A DNA stretch of 64,000 nucleotides, from NCBI GenBank assembly GCA_964016885.1, contig OZ024751.1, positions 16,926,001 to 16,990,000 of the forward strand, in the 5' to 3' direction. This DNA is from Eledone cirrhosa. Its lineage: Eukaryota. The position numbers and the translations under genes are program-made. The notes beneath the pieces are model-generated. The model saw only the letters and a program-made list of their open reading frames with translations. It made no database searches and was not told the origin of the DNA. This document shows positions 14,213 through 28,991 of the stretch, piece by piece. Position 1 is the stretch's first letter. Each line of letters begins with the position of its first letter.

Positions 14213-14278
14213 TCGCCAGCTATACCTTGAGTAGCCATTATATATATATATAATGGCTACTCAAGGTATAGCTGGCGA
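14213..14278. repeat. Perfect 66 bp palindrome centred on (TA)n
   Basis: tcgccagctataccttgagtagccatta-(ta)5-taatggctactcaaggtatagctggcga. Confidence 0.95.
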
Positions 14279-14722
14279 ATACGTTCGTATGTGTGCGGGT
14301 ACAGGCGTTGCGTGGGTTCTGTATGTGCGTGCGTGTTTTAGTGTACGTGCTTGTATTTGTATACCCATGGCGGGTGTTTTCGCGTATGCATGTGTATGTA
14401 CGTATATGGATGCGATCATGTATATATTTAATTTTTGTTGATTTCAATTACCTCTGTAATTTATTTGCATTATTCTTAACTCTGAAGCCGAGAATCATTC
14501 GGTTTCCTAATTAGAGTTTTAGTCTACGACTTCAGTTATACCATGAACGTGGTCTTGTCTTGCGTGTAATTGTTCTCATCGTTCCAAATAATGACGTATT
14601 ATCTTCGTTTTTTTCCCGTTATTTGCCAGGGAACGTTTCCACGAACCAAAGTATCGTCTTCCTGTCATCCTTCGGTTGTAAAGTTTTTCGAAATATTTAC
14701 TTCTACTAACTGTTGTGTAACC

Positions 14723-14817
<95 letters not shown>

Positions 14818-14820
14818 CGA

Positions 14821-15005
14821 TATTAAATAAATGGAAACTATATTTATAAAACCATATTTATTTCATTATATATATTTCAGGGATATCATATTAACAATAT
14901 GTTATGCCTTCTTCAGACAAATATACTCCAAATACTTGTTGAGTGCTTTTATATCAGTTATAAATATTTACTAGTTGTAACCCAACAATTTAAATATAAC
15001 TTTCC
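14821..15005. mobile_element. Internally inverted copy of PLE-like family H4
   Basis: 14821-14920 matches 25901-26001 on the same strand, while 14918-15005 is the reverse complement of 25810-25897. The junction has 'caaa' microhomology. Confidence 0.75.
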
Positions 15006-15022
15006 ATATATATATATTTATA

Positions 15023-15927
15023 TATTTATTAAAATAACAGATTAAAGTTTAAGCAAAGAATCGCTGCTTTCACCCTTAACGGGATCTTCTGAAACTAACA
15101 AAGTCAATCTGTAAACGCAGAACTGGATATTTCAAAAAACGTTGCAACCGGAGGAAGACAGGAAGACGATACTTTGGTTCGTGGTAACGTTCGCTGGCAA
15201 AGAACGGGAAAAAACGAATAATACGTCATTAATAGGAGCGGTGAAAAACAATTACGCGCAAAGACAAAACCACGTATATGGTAAGGTTTTGCGTATGCTT
15301 GTGTATGTACGTATCTGTTTGCGTGTATGTATTTATTTGTTTCTATTTCTTCTGTATTGTATTTATTTACTTTGTTCTTAACTCTGTAGCGGAGATTAAT
15401 TTGGTCTCCTAGTTAGAATCTTAGTCTACGACTTCTGCTATACCATTTACGTGGTTTTGTCTTTGCGTGCTTTTGTTCTCCACGCTCCACATATGACTTA
15501 TTATCTTCGTTTTTTCGTTCATTGCAAGAGAACGTCGCTAAAAACCACCTAAGAGAACATTAGTCTACGACCTCTTTTATACCATATACGTGGTTTTATC
15601 TTTGCGCGTAATTGTTTTTCACGGCTCCTATTAATGACGTATTATTCGTTTTTTCCCGTTCTTTGCCAGCGAACGTTACCACGAACCAAAGTATCGTCTT
15701 CGTGTCTTCCTCCGGTTGCAACGTTTTTTGAAATATCCAGTTCTGCGTTTACAGATTGACTTTGTTAGTTTCAGAAGATCCCGTTAAGGGTGAAAGCAGC
15801 GTTTCTTTGCTTAAACTTTAATCTGTTATTTTAATAAATATTTACTCTACGGTTCTTATATATTTGATATATATTTTCCTTATCGAGCCCTCTTTGGATT
15901 TTAGTCTTCAATTATATTATTATTACT
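15023..15927 (+). mobile_element. Fold-back PLE-like terminus (family H2) with ~260 bp arms
   Basis: 15023-15283 is the reverse complement of ~15580-15842, with an ~85 nt tail on the + copy. Hammerhead-like motif at 15767-15817: AGTTT-CAGAAGA-TCCC GTTAA GGGT-GAAAGCA..TGCT-T-AAACT. An older internal copy lies at ~14330-14700. Confidence 0.75.
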
Positions 15928-15930
15928 ATA

Positions 15931-16005
<75 letters not shown>

Positions 16006-16008
<3 letters not shown>

Positions 16009-16116
16009 AAAAAGTATGACCCCGACGGCAGAGCTCAACCCGTTTCGACGGCTACTTCTGGACTCAGAAATAGCCGTCGAAACAGCATGAGCTCTGCCGT
16101 CGAAGTCATACTTTTA
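16006..16116. mobile_element. Short fold-back of PLE-like family H5
   Basis: aaaagtatgaccccgacggcagagctc...gagctctgccgtcgaagtcatactttt, the same family as 44514-45083. Confidence 0.7.
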
Positions 16117-16671
16117 TATAAGTATATATTTATATATATATATTTATATATGTTTATATATTTATATATGTTTATATATTTATATATGTTTATATATTTA
16201 TATATGTTTATATATTTATATATGTTTATATATTTATATATGTATATATATTTATATATGTATATATATTTATATATGTTTATATATTTATATATGTATA
16301 TATTTATATATGTATATATATATGTATATATTTATATATATATATATTTATATATATATATATTTATATATATTTATATATATATATATTTATATATATT
16401 TATATATATATATATTTATATATATATATATTTATATATATTTATATATATATATATTTATATATATATATATTTATATATATGTAGATAAATCTACCAA
16501 GAGTTTACGGTAGTGTCCAATCCGTATGAAGAACTCAATGTATTCCGGATATCATGGAAAGAAGAGATGTAATGAAAAATCACTTTCGGTGAAAGATAAA
16601 CGGTATACAGAGTCAAGATAAAATATTAAACAAATAATGAATAAACAATTCCTTATATTAAACAAAAAAAG

Positions 16672-16825
16672 TTCATTATTTAACGATCGTTTCTAGGATA
16701 TATATGTGTTAGAATTGGCATGCATATTCAACAGATCTATGTACAAAATTATACAAAATTATACAAACTATCAAGGTTAAATATACTTACCAACACATAT
16801 ATACGCCGTCTTCAGAAATAATGAA
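16672..16825 (-). ncRNA. Type I hammerhead with extended helix II (element sense copy)
   Basis: Reverse complement of 24150-24303; see that feature. Confidence 0.75.
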
Positions 16826-17450
16826 GTATATTTATTGATAATAACAACAATTCAAAATTTCAGGTCCGTTTGGGAACAAAATTGACCAATGAAAACACAA
16901 AGGGTTAAATGCAGTTCGGTGTGTGTATATACATGTAAAACCCTTACACATATTTTACAAAAATGTATGTATAATTTGTATACGCATACTAAAAGGATGG
17001 ATGCAAATACAAAATTTCAAGGTTAATGTCTCTGTAAGTTTATAATGCACAGATAAGATGCGTATTGACACACAAATATGAAAATATATTTTTTCATACT
17101 CACACATATCCGTACAATCACACATACACGCGCGTATATGCATAAATATACACATAACCACGAACATACAAACACACACACACCCCCACTCACATTTATA
17201 TATGTGGATATAAAATCATAAGCACATGGATATTAATTCACTCACATAAACACTGGCACACACACTTAGATCAAGATACAGAAATTAGGTGGGAGGGGGG
17301 GAGAGGTCAGTATTCAACGGTCTGAGCAGACTGCCTAATATAGATGTATCTATAAACTAAGAAAATAAAAAATAATAAATAATAAATAAACATTAAAGAG
17401 GAAAGAATAGAAAGAAAAAAGAAAAAAGAAAAAAGAAATATATCAAGAAA

Positions 17451-17491
<41 letters not shown>

Positions 17492-17704
17492 TACATATAT
17501 ATATATATATATATACACACACATATACATATAATATACATATATATACACATAGACACACACACACACATACATATATATATACACACATATACAAACA
17601 CATACATACATATACACACATCCACACTAAAAACATACATACACACACATATATAAACATATACATATACACACATACATACATATACACATATACATAC
17701 AAAT

Positions 17705-17753
<49 letters not shown>

Positions 17754-18064
17754 TATGTATATACACGTACATATATACACACATATACATATAATCACAC
17801 ATACTATATAGACACACATATATATATAACCACACACATACATGCACATATACAACACTTACATACTAATATACATACAGATATACACATACATAGCTAT
17901 ATATACACACAAATATATACAGACTTACATATATACATACAGACAAATACTTACGCATCTATATATCGGTATATACATACAAACACCACTACACTATCAC
18001 ACAACTTAGACATACAAAGAGAAAGGTATATACCTATACACACATACATATACAAATAGAAAAC

Positions 18065-18153
<89 letters not shown>

Positions 18154-18391
18154 CATACATATACACATACACACACATACACATACACACACATACATAC
18201 ATGTACACACACATAGAAATATATACGCATACACACATACACACATACATATAAAGTCATACATACACATACACCTACACGAACATACACATACACATAT
18301 ATAAAGATATATATACACACACACACACACACAACACATACACACACACACATATATATAAAAAAAATAAATAATAAAGATATATACATAT

Positions 18392-18469
<78 letters not shown>

Positions 18470-18817
18470 ACATACACACACATACATACACACATACATA
18501 GACATACATGTACATACATACACGTACATCGATATACATACATATATATATACACACATAGACATATACATACATACACACACAACTTACATACACACAT
18601 ATATATACACATGTATATTCATACATAGAATTAGATATATAATCATACATATATAAGCACTTACTTATACTCATATATACAAATACATACGCATCCATAT
18701 ATGCGTATATACATAGAAACACCACTACAACCTCACCCAACTCAGACATACAAATAAAAATAAAAATAAAAAGGCATATGTATATACATATATACACGCA
18801 TTAATAGAGATATATAT

Positions 18818-18888
<71 letters not shown>

Positions 18889-19122
18889 TTCATATATATA
18901 TATATAGATACCCACACACACATACCACCATAAATACACATACAAACACCCACATATACATATATATACACACGTATATATATATATATATATATACACA
19001 CACATAAAAAACAGACATGCACATATATATATATATTTTTTTACACTTATATATACACATATTATATACACATACACAACCTCACATATACACACATACA
19101 CATAAGTTATATTATAATAATA

Positions 19123-19167
<45 letters not shown>

Positions 19168-19252
19168 CACATATATATATATATATACATTTAAACATAT
19201 ACATACATATATACACACATACGAATATAGACATATATTCACACATAGACAC

Positions 19253-19289
<37 letters not shown>

Positions 19290-19575
19290 TACATATACAC
19301 AGACACATATACACACTCACATATATATATGTATATATATGTGTGTGCACACACACACATATACACACATACACACACATACACATAAACACATATATGT
19401 GCATACATGCACACACACACACATATATATCCACATAGATACGAAGATAGACATATAAATAGAGAGACATACACATATATATACACAACACACATACACA
19501 CACATACATACACACACATATACATATACATATATATACACATATATATATTTTTTTATATATACATATATACAC

Positions 19576-19606
<31 letters not shown>

Positions 19607-20964
19607 CATACACATACACATACACACATTCACATACACATACATATATACATGCATATATACACATATATATACATACATACACACACTCATATATAGA
19701 CACACAATCTTACATTCATATTTGCATGCGCATATATGTATTTTTATATTCAGATATAAATACCCAAACCTATATAGACACCTACCTACATATATATTCA
19801 TACATACACGCTTACAAATACAGATGATAATAGTATGGGGGAAAGGGGGGGTTTGGAGAAGGGGATCATAGTAAATATATGTTTCAAGAAACATAGAATG
19901 TTTTCCGTATCTTGATCCAATGTATGTTTTTACATAGTTTCAGTGTTAGGAAATACAATAAACAAGAACTAAGGCAAAATCTATGCATCTCAAAATAAAC
20001 AAGTATACCATTAATTATATGTTAACTAAACCAAAGATAGTTAACATATTGATTTCTAAGGTGTAAATTAGTTAGGTTTATAATATTTGAAGCAGAATTT
20101 TGAAGTTAAATAGTAGTAGAATATTAATTATAGTATAACTAAATTAAAGTTAATAACGTTATGGTATCAATATTAGGAAATGAATTTAGTAATAGGGAAA
20201 AAACAAATAAAGTATTACATCAGTAGTAGAATATAAATTATAGGTTAACTAAATTAAAAATTATATATTTATTTCTATAGTATATGTTAATTAGGTATAT
20301 AATACATAAAACAGATATTGTATTTTATCAATAGCAGAATATAATTATATGCAAATAGAAATCAAAATTAATACATATACATATACATATACATACACAT
20401 ACATATATACATATATATACACATATATATATACATATATACACATATACATACACGCACACATACACATACTCATATACATATACATATTTTTTCAAAA
20501 AAAAAAAAAAAAAAAAATTGCATAGAATATATTAACTAGGTATATATCCAAAACACATCCCATTCTATGATTACATGACATTCTGCAATTCGTCTGTATA
20601 AGGATACTAATTTTAAGCAAATTAAATTAAATTTTTAGGTTGATTAAAATTAAAACCAAATCATAAATATATTTCTAAAATGTATATTAATTAGGTCTAT
20701 AATACTAAAAATTATTTCTCTGTCATTGGATACACGATATTATTTTGTTATATTTTATCTGTAAAAAAATTATAATAAAAGGTTTAAATAAATTAAAATT
20801 AATCTATAAATTAAATTACTAAGTATATATTAGTAATATTTAAAGGTTTTTCACAATTTATGATTACATAATATTTTATATTCTCATCTGTAATAAAATT
20901 TTAATTAAATTAAATTTATAGGTTAACTAACATTTAAATTAAATTAATTTCTAAAATAATGTTA

Positions 20965-21340
20965 TTAATTAGGTTTATAATATTTAAATGTTTTTTTTAG
21001 TTTATGATTACACGATATAATTAATTCCTGTCGTTTATTTAATAAGATATCCTTAGACTTCATTATTTCAAATAGTTCTTGGGAACATAATCTACATTCA
21101 TTTCTATTATTTTGATAAGGGGTGGCTCTTTTGAGCACACTCCAGGTCAAATCATATTCTATATTCTTATTTTTATAACTATTGATTTTTTCTGCTAGAG
21201 ATGTTGTATTAGCCAGTGCGGCATTTTTAAAACTATGCTTGTGGGTATTAAACCTTGTCTTAAAATTGTTAGAGGTAGCTCCTATATATGAGCAAATAGA
21301 ATCTTTAGTTTTAACATTACATTTATAGACTATGTTGTGC
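20965..21340 (-). pseudogene. GIY-YIG endonuclease domain of a Penelope-like retroelement (probably Naiad-like), 5'-truncated but open
   Basis: [29 protein letters not shown]...T.L...W.VLKRA.PY....CRLCSQE...I....LLNKRQELIISCNH. It has GIY/YIG motifs, the catalytic R, E and N, and C-x2-C...C-x-H. The ATG at 21354 comes from microsatellite beyond the inversion junction. Confidence 0.85.
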
Positions 21341-21393
21341 ACACACATATACATATATATATGTGAGTGTGTATATGTGTCTGTGTATATGTA

Positions 21394-21430
<37 letters not shown>

Positions 21431-21515
21431 GTGTCTATGTGTGAATATATGTCTATATTCGTATGTGTGTATATATGTATGTATATGTTTAAATGTATAT
21501 ATATATATATATGTG

Positions 21516-21554
<39 letters not shown>

Positions 21555-21709
21555 TATTATTATAATATAACTTATGTGTATGTGTGTATATGTGAGGTTG
21601 TGTATGTGTATATAGAATCATTAGTTTTAACATTACATTTATAGACTATGTTGTGCACACACATATACATATATATATGTGAGTGTGTATATGTGTCTGT
21701 GTATATGTA

Positions 21710-21746
<37 letters not shown>

Positions 21747-21829
21747 GTGTCTATGTGTGAATATATGTCTATATTCGTATGTGTGCATATATGTATGTAT
21801 ATGTTTAAATGTATATATATATATATGTG

Positions 21830-21864
<35 letters not shown>

Positions 21865-22106
21865 TATTATTATAATATAACTTATGTGTATGTGTGTATA
21901 TGTGAGGTTGTGTATGTGTATATAATATGTGTATATATAAGTGTAAAAAAATATATATATATATGTGCATGTCTGTTTTTTATGTGTGTGTATATATATA
22001 TATATATATATACGTGTGTATATATATGTATATGTGGGTGTTTGTATGTGTATTTATGGTGGTATGTGTGTGTGGGTATCTATATATATATATATGAATG
22101 TGTGTG

Positions 22107-22159
<53 letters not shown>

Positions 22160-22504
22160 ATATATATCTCTATTAATGCGTGTATATATGTATATACATA
22201 TGCCTTTTTATTTTTATTTTTATTTGTATGTCTGAGTTGGGTGAGGTTGTAGTGGTGTTTCTATGTATATACGCATATATGGATGCGTATGTATTTGTAT
22301 ATATGAGTATAAGTAAGTGCTTATATATGTATGATTATATATCTAATTCTATGTATGAATATACATGTGTATATATATGTGTATGTAAGTTGTGTGTGTA
22401 TGTATGTATATGTCTATGTGTGTATATATATATGTATGTATATCGATGTACGTGTATGTATGTACATGTATGTCTATGTATGTGTGTATGTATGTGTGTG
22501 TATG

Positions 22505-22575
<71 letters not shown>

Positions 22576-22807
22576 ATATGTATATATCTTTATTATTTAT
22601 TTTTTTAATATATATGTGTGTGTGTGTATGTGTTGTGTGTGTGTGTGTGTGTATATATATCTTTATATATGTGTATGTTCGTGTAGGTGTATGTGTGTGT
22701 ATGACTTTATATGTATGTGTGTATGTGTGTATGCGTATATATTTCTATGTGTGTGTACATGTATGTATGTGTGTGTATGTGTATGTGTGTGTATGTGTAT
22801 ATGTATG

Positions 22808-22896
<89 letters not shown>

Positions 22897-23214
22897 CTAT
22901 ATGTTTTTCTATTTGTATATGTATGTGTGTATAGGTATATACCTTTCTCTTTGTATGTCTAAGTTGTGTGATAGTGTAGTGGTGTTTGTATGTATATACC
23001 GATATATAGATGCGTAAGTATTTGTCTGTATGTATATATGTAAGTCTGTATATATTTGTGTGTATATATAGCTATGTATGTGTATATCTGTATGTATATT
23101 AGTATGTAAGTGTTGTATATGTGCATGTATGTGTGTGGTTATATATATATGTGTGTCTATATAGTATGTGTGATTATATGTATATGTGTGTATATATGTA
23201 CGTGTATATACATA

Positions 23215-23257
<43 letters not shown>

Positions 23258-23470
23258 ATTTGTATGTATATGTGTATATGTATGTATGTGTGTATATGTA
23301 TATGTTTATATATGTGTGTGTGTGTATGTTTTTAGTGTGGATGTGTGTATATGTATGTATGTGTTTGTATATGTGTGTATATATATATGTATGTGTGTGT
23401 GTGTGTCTATGTGTATATATATGTATATTATATGTATATGTGTGTGTATATATATATATATATATATGTA

Positions 23471-23518
<48 letters not shown>

Positions 23519-24149
23519 CTTGATATATTTCTTTTTTCTTTTTTCTTTTTTCTTTTTTCTTTCTATTCTTTCCTCTTTAATGTTTATTTATTATTTATTA
23601 TTTTTTATTTTCTTAGTTTATAGATACATCTATATTAGGCAGTCTGCTCAGACCGTTGAATACTGACCTCTCCCCCCCCCTCCCACCTAATTTCTGTATC
23701 TTGATCTAAGTGTGTGTGCCAGTGTTTATGTGAGTGAATTAATATCCATGTGCTTATGATTTTATATCCACATATATAAATGTGAGTGGGGGTGTGTGTG
23801 TGTTTGTATGTTCGTGGTTATGTGTATATTTATGCATATACGCGCGTGTATGTGTGATTGTACGGATATGTGTGAGTATGAAAAAATATATTTTCATATT
23901 TGTGTGTCAATACGCATCTTATCTGTGCATTATAAACTTACAGAGACATTAACCTTGAAATTTTGTATTTGCATCCATCCTTTTAGTATGCGTATACAAA
24001 TTATACATACATTTTTGTAAAATATGTGTAAGGGTTTTACATGTATATACACACACCGAACTGCATTTAACCCTTTGTGTTTTCATTGGTCAATTTTGTT
24101 CCCAAACGGACCTGAAATTTTGAATTGTTGTTATTATCAATAAATATAC

Positions 24150-24303
24150 TTCATTATTTCTGAAGACGGCGTATATATGTGTTGGTATGTATATTTAACC
24201 TTGATAGTTTGTATAATTTTGTATAATTTTGTACATAGATCTGTTGAATATGCATGCCAATTCTAACACATATATATCCTAGAAACGATCGTTAAATAAT
24301 GAA
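24150..24303 (+). ncRNA. Type I hammerhead with ~115 nt helix II insertion
   Basis: TTCATTATTT-CTGAAGA-CGGCG TATATATGTGTTGG...CTAACACATATATA TCCTA-GAAA-CGATCG-T-T-AAATAATGAA. 10 bp helix I, palindromic helix III ACGATCGT. Confidence 0.75.
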
Positions 24304-24374
24304 CTTTTTTTGTTTAATATAAGGAATTGTTTATTCATTATTTGTTTAATATTTTATATTTATATATATATATT

Positions 24375-24405
<31 letters not shown>

Positions 24406-24872
24406 ATTTATATATATATATATTTATATATATTTATATATATATATATTTATATATATTTATTTATATATATATTTATATATGTATATATTTATATATG
24501 TATATATTTATATATGTATATATTTATATATGTATATATTTATATTTATATATGTATATATTTATATATGTATATATTTATATTTATATATGTATATATT
24601 TATATATGTATATATTTATATATGTATATATTTATATATATATATATTTATATATGTATATATTTAAATATGTATATATTTATATATGTATATATTTATA
24701 TATGTATATATTTATATATGTATATATTTATATATGTATATATTTATATATGTATATATTTATATATGTATATATTTATATATGTATATATATTTATATA
24801 TGTATATATATTTATATGTATATATATTCATATATGTATATATATTTATATATGTATATACGTATATATATT

Positions 24873-24903
<31 letters not shown>

Positions 24904-24938
24904 ATTTATATATATATATATTTATATATATATATATT

Positions 24939-24969
<31 letters not shown>

Positions 24970-25024
24970 ATTTATATATATATATATATTTATATATATT
25001 TATATATTTATATATATATATATT

Positions 25025-25109
<85 letters not shown>

Positions 25110-25112
25110 ATT

Positions 25113-25161
<49 letters not shown>

Positions 25162-25188
25162 ATTTATATATATATTTATATATATATT

Positions 25189-25219
<31 letters not shown>

Positions 25220-25238
25220 ATTTATATATATATATATT

Positions 25239-25295
<57 letters not shown>

Positions 25296-25363
25296 ATATA
25301 TATATTTTATATATATATTTTTATATATATATATATATATTTATATATATTTATATATATATA

Positions 25364-25424
<61 letters not shown>

Positions 25425-25641
25425 TTTTATATATATATATATATTTATATATATTTATATATATATATATTTATTTATATATATTTATATATATATATAT
25501 TTATTTATATATATATATATTTATATATATATTTATATATATATATATTTATTTATATATATATATATATTTATATATATATTTATATATATATTGATAT
25601 ATATATATATATATTTATATATATATTTATATATATATTTA

Positions 25642-25700
<59 letters not shown>

Positions 25701-25769
25701 TTATATATATATATATATTTATATATATATTTATATATATATTTATATATATATATATATTTATATATA

Positions 25770-25808
<39 letters not shown>

Positions 25809-26095
25809 GTAAAGTTATATTTAAAATTGTTGGGTTACAACTAGTAAATATTTATAACTGATATAAAAGCACTCGACAAATATTTGGAGTATATTTGCAA
25901 TATTAAATAAATGGAAAACTATATTTATAAAACCATATTTATTTCATTATATATATTTCGGGGATATCATATTAACAATATGCTATGCCTTCATCAGACA
26001 AAATACAATATAAACAGTTTTATAGATAAATATATTCGACATACCGTAATAAACTTCAACTTCATTTGAAGAGGTTTACGCTAGCAGTCATATAT
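25809..26095 (-). mobile_element. PLE-like terminus (family H4) with hammerhead at 25941-26004
   Basis: Reverse strand: ATTTTGT-CTGATGA-AGGCATAG CATATT GTT AATATG ATATCCCC-GAAA-TATATA-T-A-ATGAAAT. Helix I pairs with G:U wobbles. Confidence 0.7.
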
Positions 26096-26111
26096 GGTAT
26101 ATATTTATATT

Positions 26112-26151
<40 letters not shown>

Positions 26152-26179
26152 TATATATATATATTTATATATATATATT

Positions 26180-26211
<32 letters not shown>

Positions 26212-26221
26212 TATATATATA

Positions 26222-26270
<49 letters not shown>

Positions 26271-26295
26271 TTATATATATATATTTATATATATA

Positions 26296-26342
<47 letters not shown>

Positions 26343-26389
26343 GTATTTATATATATGTATTTATATATATATATTTATATATATATATT

Positions 26390-26422
<33 letters not shown>

Positions 26423-26466
26423 GTATTTATATATATATATTTATATATATATATATATATATATAT

Positions 26467-26714
26467 GATTATTTCTGAAGACGGCGTATATATGTGTTGG
26501 TATGTATATTTAATCTTGATAGTTTGTATAATTTTGTATAATTTTGTACATAGATCTGTTGAATATGCATGCCAATTCTAACACATATATATCCTAGAAA
26601 CGATCGTTAAATAATGAACTTTTTTTGTTTAATATAAGGAACTGTTTTCATTGTTTATTCATTATTTGTTTAATATTTTATATATATATACATATATATG
26701 TATTTATATATATA

Positions 26715-26761
<47 letters not shown>

Positions 26762-26986
26762 TTATATATATATATATATATTTATATATATGTATTTATA
26801 TATATGTATTTATATATATATATTTATATACATATATATATATATTTATATATATATATTTATATATATATATTTATATATATATATTTATATATATATA
26901 TTTATATATATATTTATATATATATATATTTATATATATATATTTATATATATATATTTATATATATATTTATATATATATATATT

Positions 26987-27036
<50 letters not shown>

Positions 27037-28156
27037 TATTTATATATATATATTTATATATATATATATTTATATATATATATATTTATATATATATATA
27101 TTTATATATATATATTTATATATATATATTTATATATATATATATTTATATATATATATATTTATATATATATATATTTATATATATATATATTTATATA
27201 TATATATATTTATATATATATATATTTATATATATATATATTTATATATATATATATTTATATATATATATTTATATATATATATTTATATATATATATT
27301 TATATATATATATTTATATATATATATTTATATATATATATTTATATATATATATATTTATATATATATATATTTATATATATATATATTTATATATATA
27401 TATATTTATATATATATATATTTATATATATATATATTTATATATATATATTTATATATATATATATTTATATATATATATATTTATATATATATATATT
27501 TATATATATATATTTATATATATATATATTTATATATATATATTTATAAATATATTTATATATATATATTTATATATATATATTTATATATATATTTATA
27601 TATATATATTTATATATATATATTTATATATATATATTTATATATATATATTTATATATATATATTTATATATATATATTTATATATATATATTTATATA
27701 TATATTTATATATATATATTTATATATATATTTATATATATATATATTTATATATATATTTATATATATATTTATATATATATATTTATATATATATTTA
27801 TATATTTATATATATTGAAGACGGCATATATATGTGTTTGGTATGTATATTTACTTTTGATAGTTTGTATAATTTTGTATAATTTTGTACATAGATCTGT
27901 TGAATATGCATGCCAATTCTAACACATATATATCCTAGAAACGATCGTTAAATAATGAACGTTTTTTGTTTAATATAAGGAACTGTTTCATTGTTTTATT
28001 CATTATTTTTTTAATATTTTATCTTGACTCTGTATTCCGTTTATCTTTCACCGAAAGTGATTTTTCATTGCATCTCTTCTTTCCATGATATCCGGATTAC
28101 ATTGAGTTCTTCATACGGATTGGACACTACCGTAAACTCTTGGTAGATTTATCTAC
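26467..28156 (+). mobile_element. Partial-tandem pair of hammerhead-containing termini, sister subfamily of the 16484-24358 PLE
   Basis: Copies at 26467-26681 (tail-less) and 27816-28156 (with tail). Both carry an 8-9 nt insertion after 'aaggaa' that is absent from 16650/24325. Confidence 0.75.
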
Positions 28157-28245
28157 ATATATTTATATATATATATTTATATTTATATATTTATATATTT
28201 ATATTTATATATTTATATATATATATATATTTATATATTTATATT

Positions 28246-28276
<31 letters not shown>

Positions 28277-28307
28277 ATATATATTTATATTTATATATAT
28301 ATATATT

Positions 28308-28362
<55 letters not shown>

Positions 28363-28425
28363 ATTTATATTTATATATTTATATTTATATATATATATAT
28401 TTATATTTATATATATATTTATATT

Positions 28426-28456
<31 letters not shown>

Positions 28457-28570
28457 ATATATATTTATATTTATATATTTATATATATATTTATATATAC
28501 ATATTTATATATATATATTTATATAGGACAGAACAAAGGAGAGGCACAAAAACAAAGAAAAGAATCCCCA

Positions 28571-28613
28571 GTCATTGAAGAGGTCACAGAATGTGTGACG
28601 AAATAACTTTGAC
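28571..28613 (+). ncRNA. Degenerate hammerhead motif
   Basis: GTCA-TTGAAGA-G GTCACA GAATG TGTGAC-GAAA-TAAC-T-T-TGAC. C3 is mutated and helix III is poor. Confidence 0.45.
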
Positions 28614-28894
28614 AATATATAAACAACTATCTGGTTGTGGAACAAACCAACTAACCAGAAATTTATAATAAATTGAAGTGAAACATCTGGTGCGTGTGTT
28701 TCTCATTGGCAACATGACCCTCCCAAAGTATAACAATATCGGTTTCAACACACGATTTCAGATAAAGAATCTTGCTAAACAAATTCAGAAACGAAATATA
28801 TATATATATTTATATTTATATATATATTTATACATATATTTATATATATATATATATATTTATATATATTTATATATATATTTATATATATATT

Positions 28895-28927
<33 letters not shown>

Positions 28928-28954
28928 TTATATATATATATTTATATATATATT

Positions 28955-28991
<37 letters not shown>

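Larger units (their letters stand above)
16484..24358 (-). mobile_element. 5'-truncated Penelope-like element with long 3' region and ~2.7 kb inverted 5' duplication
   Basis: The minus strand reads GIY-YIG (21340-20965), then a ~4.1 kb AT/microsatellite-rich region, a hammerhead (16825-16672), a ~135 nt tail and (TA)n. 21335/21653-24358 is the reverse complement of ~16620-19350. Confidence 0.8.

Noticed and set aside
19900-20960. SECIS element downstream of the Naiad-like endonuclease
   Set aside because: Some Naiad PLEs are reported to use selenocysteine, but there is no in-frame TGA in this fragment and I could not see a SECIS fold.
16484-28156. DNA transposon with giant TIRs enclosing an endonuclease gene
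   Set aside because: The ORF is cut at the arm junction and lacks a real start. The distal right end (27816-28156) belongs to a different subfamily. A PLE 5' inversion explains it better.
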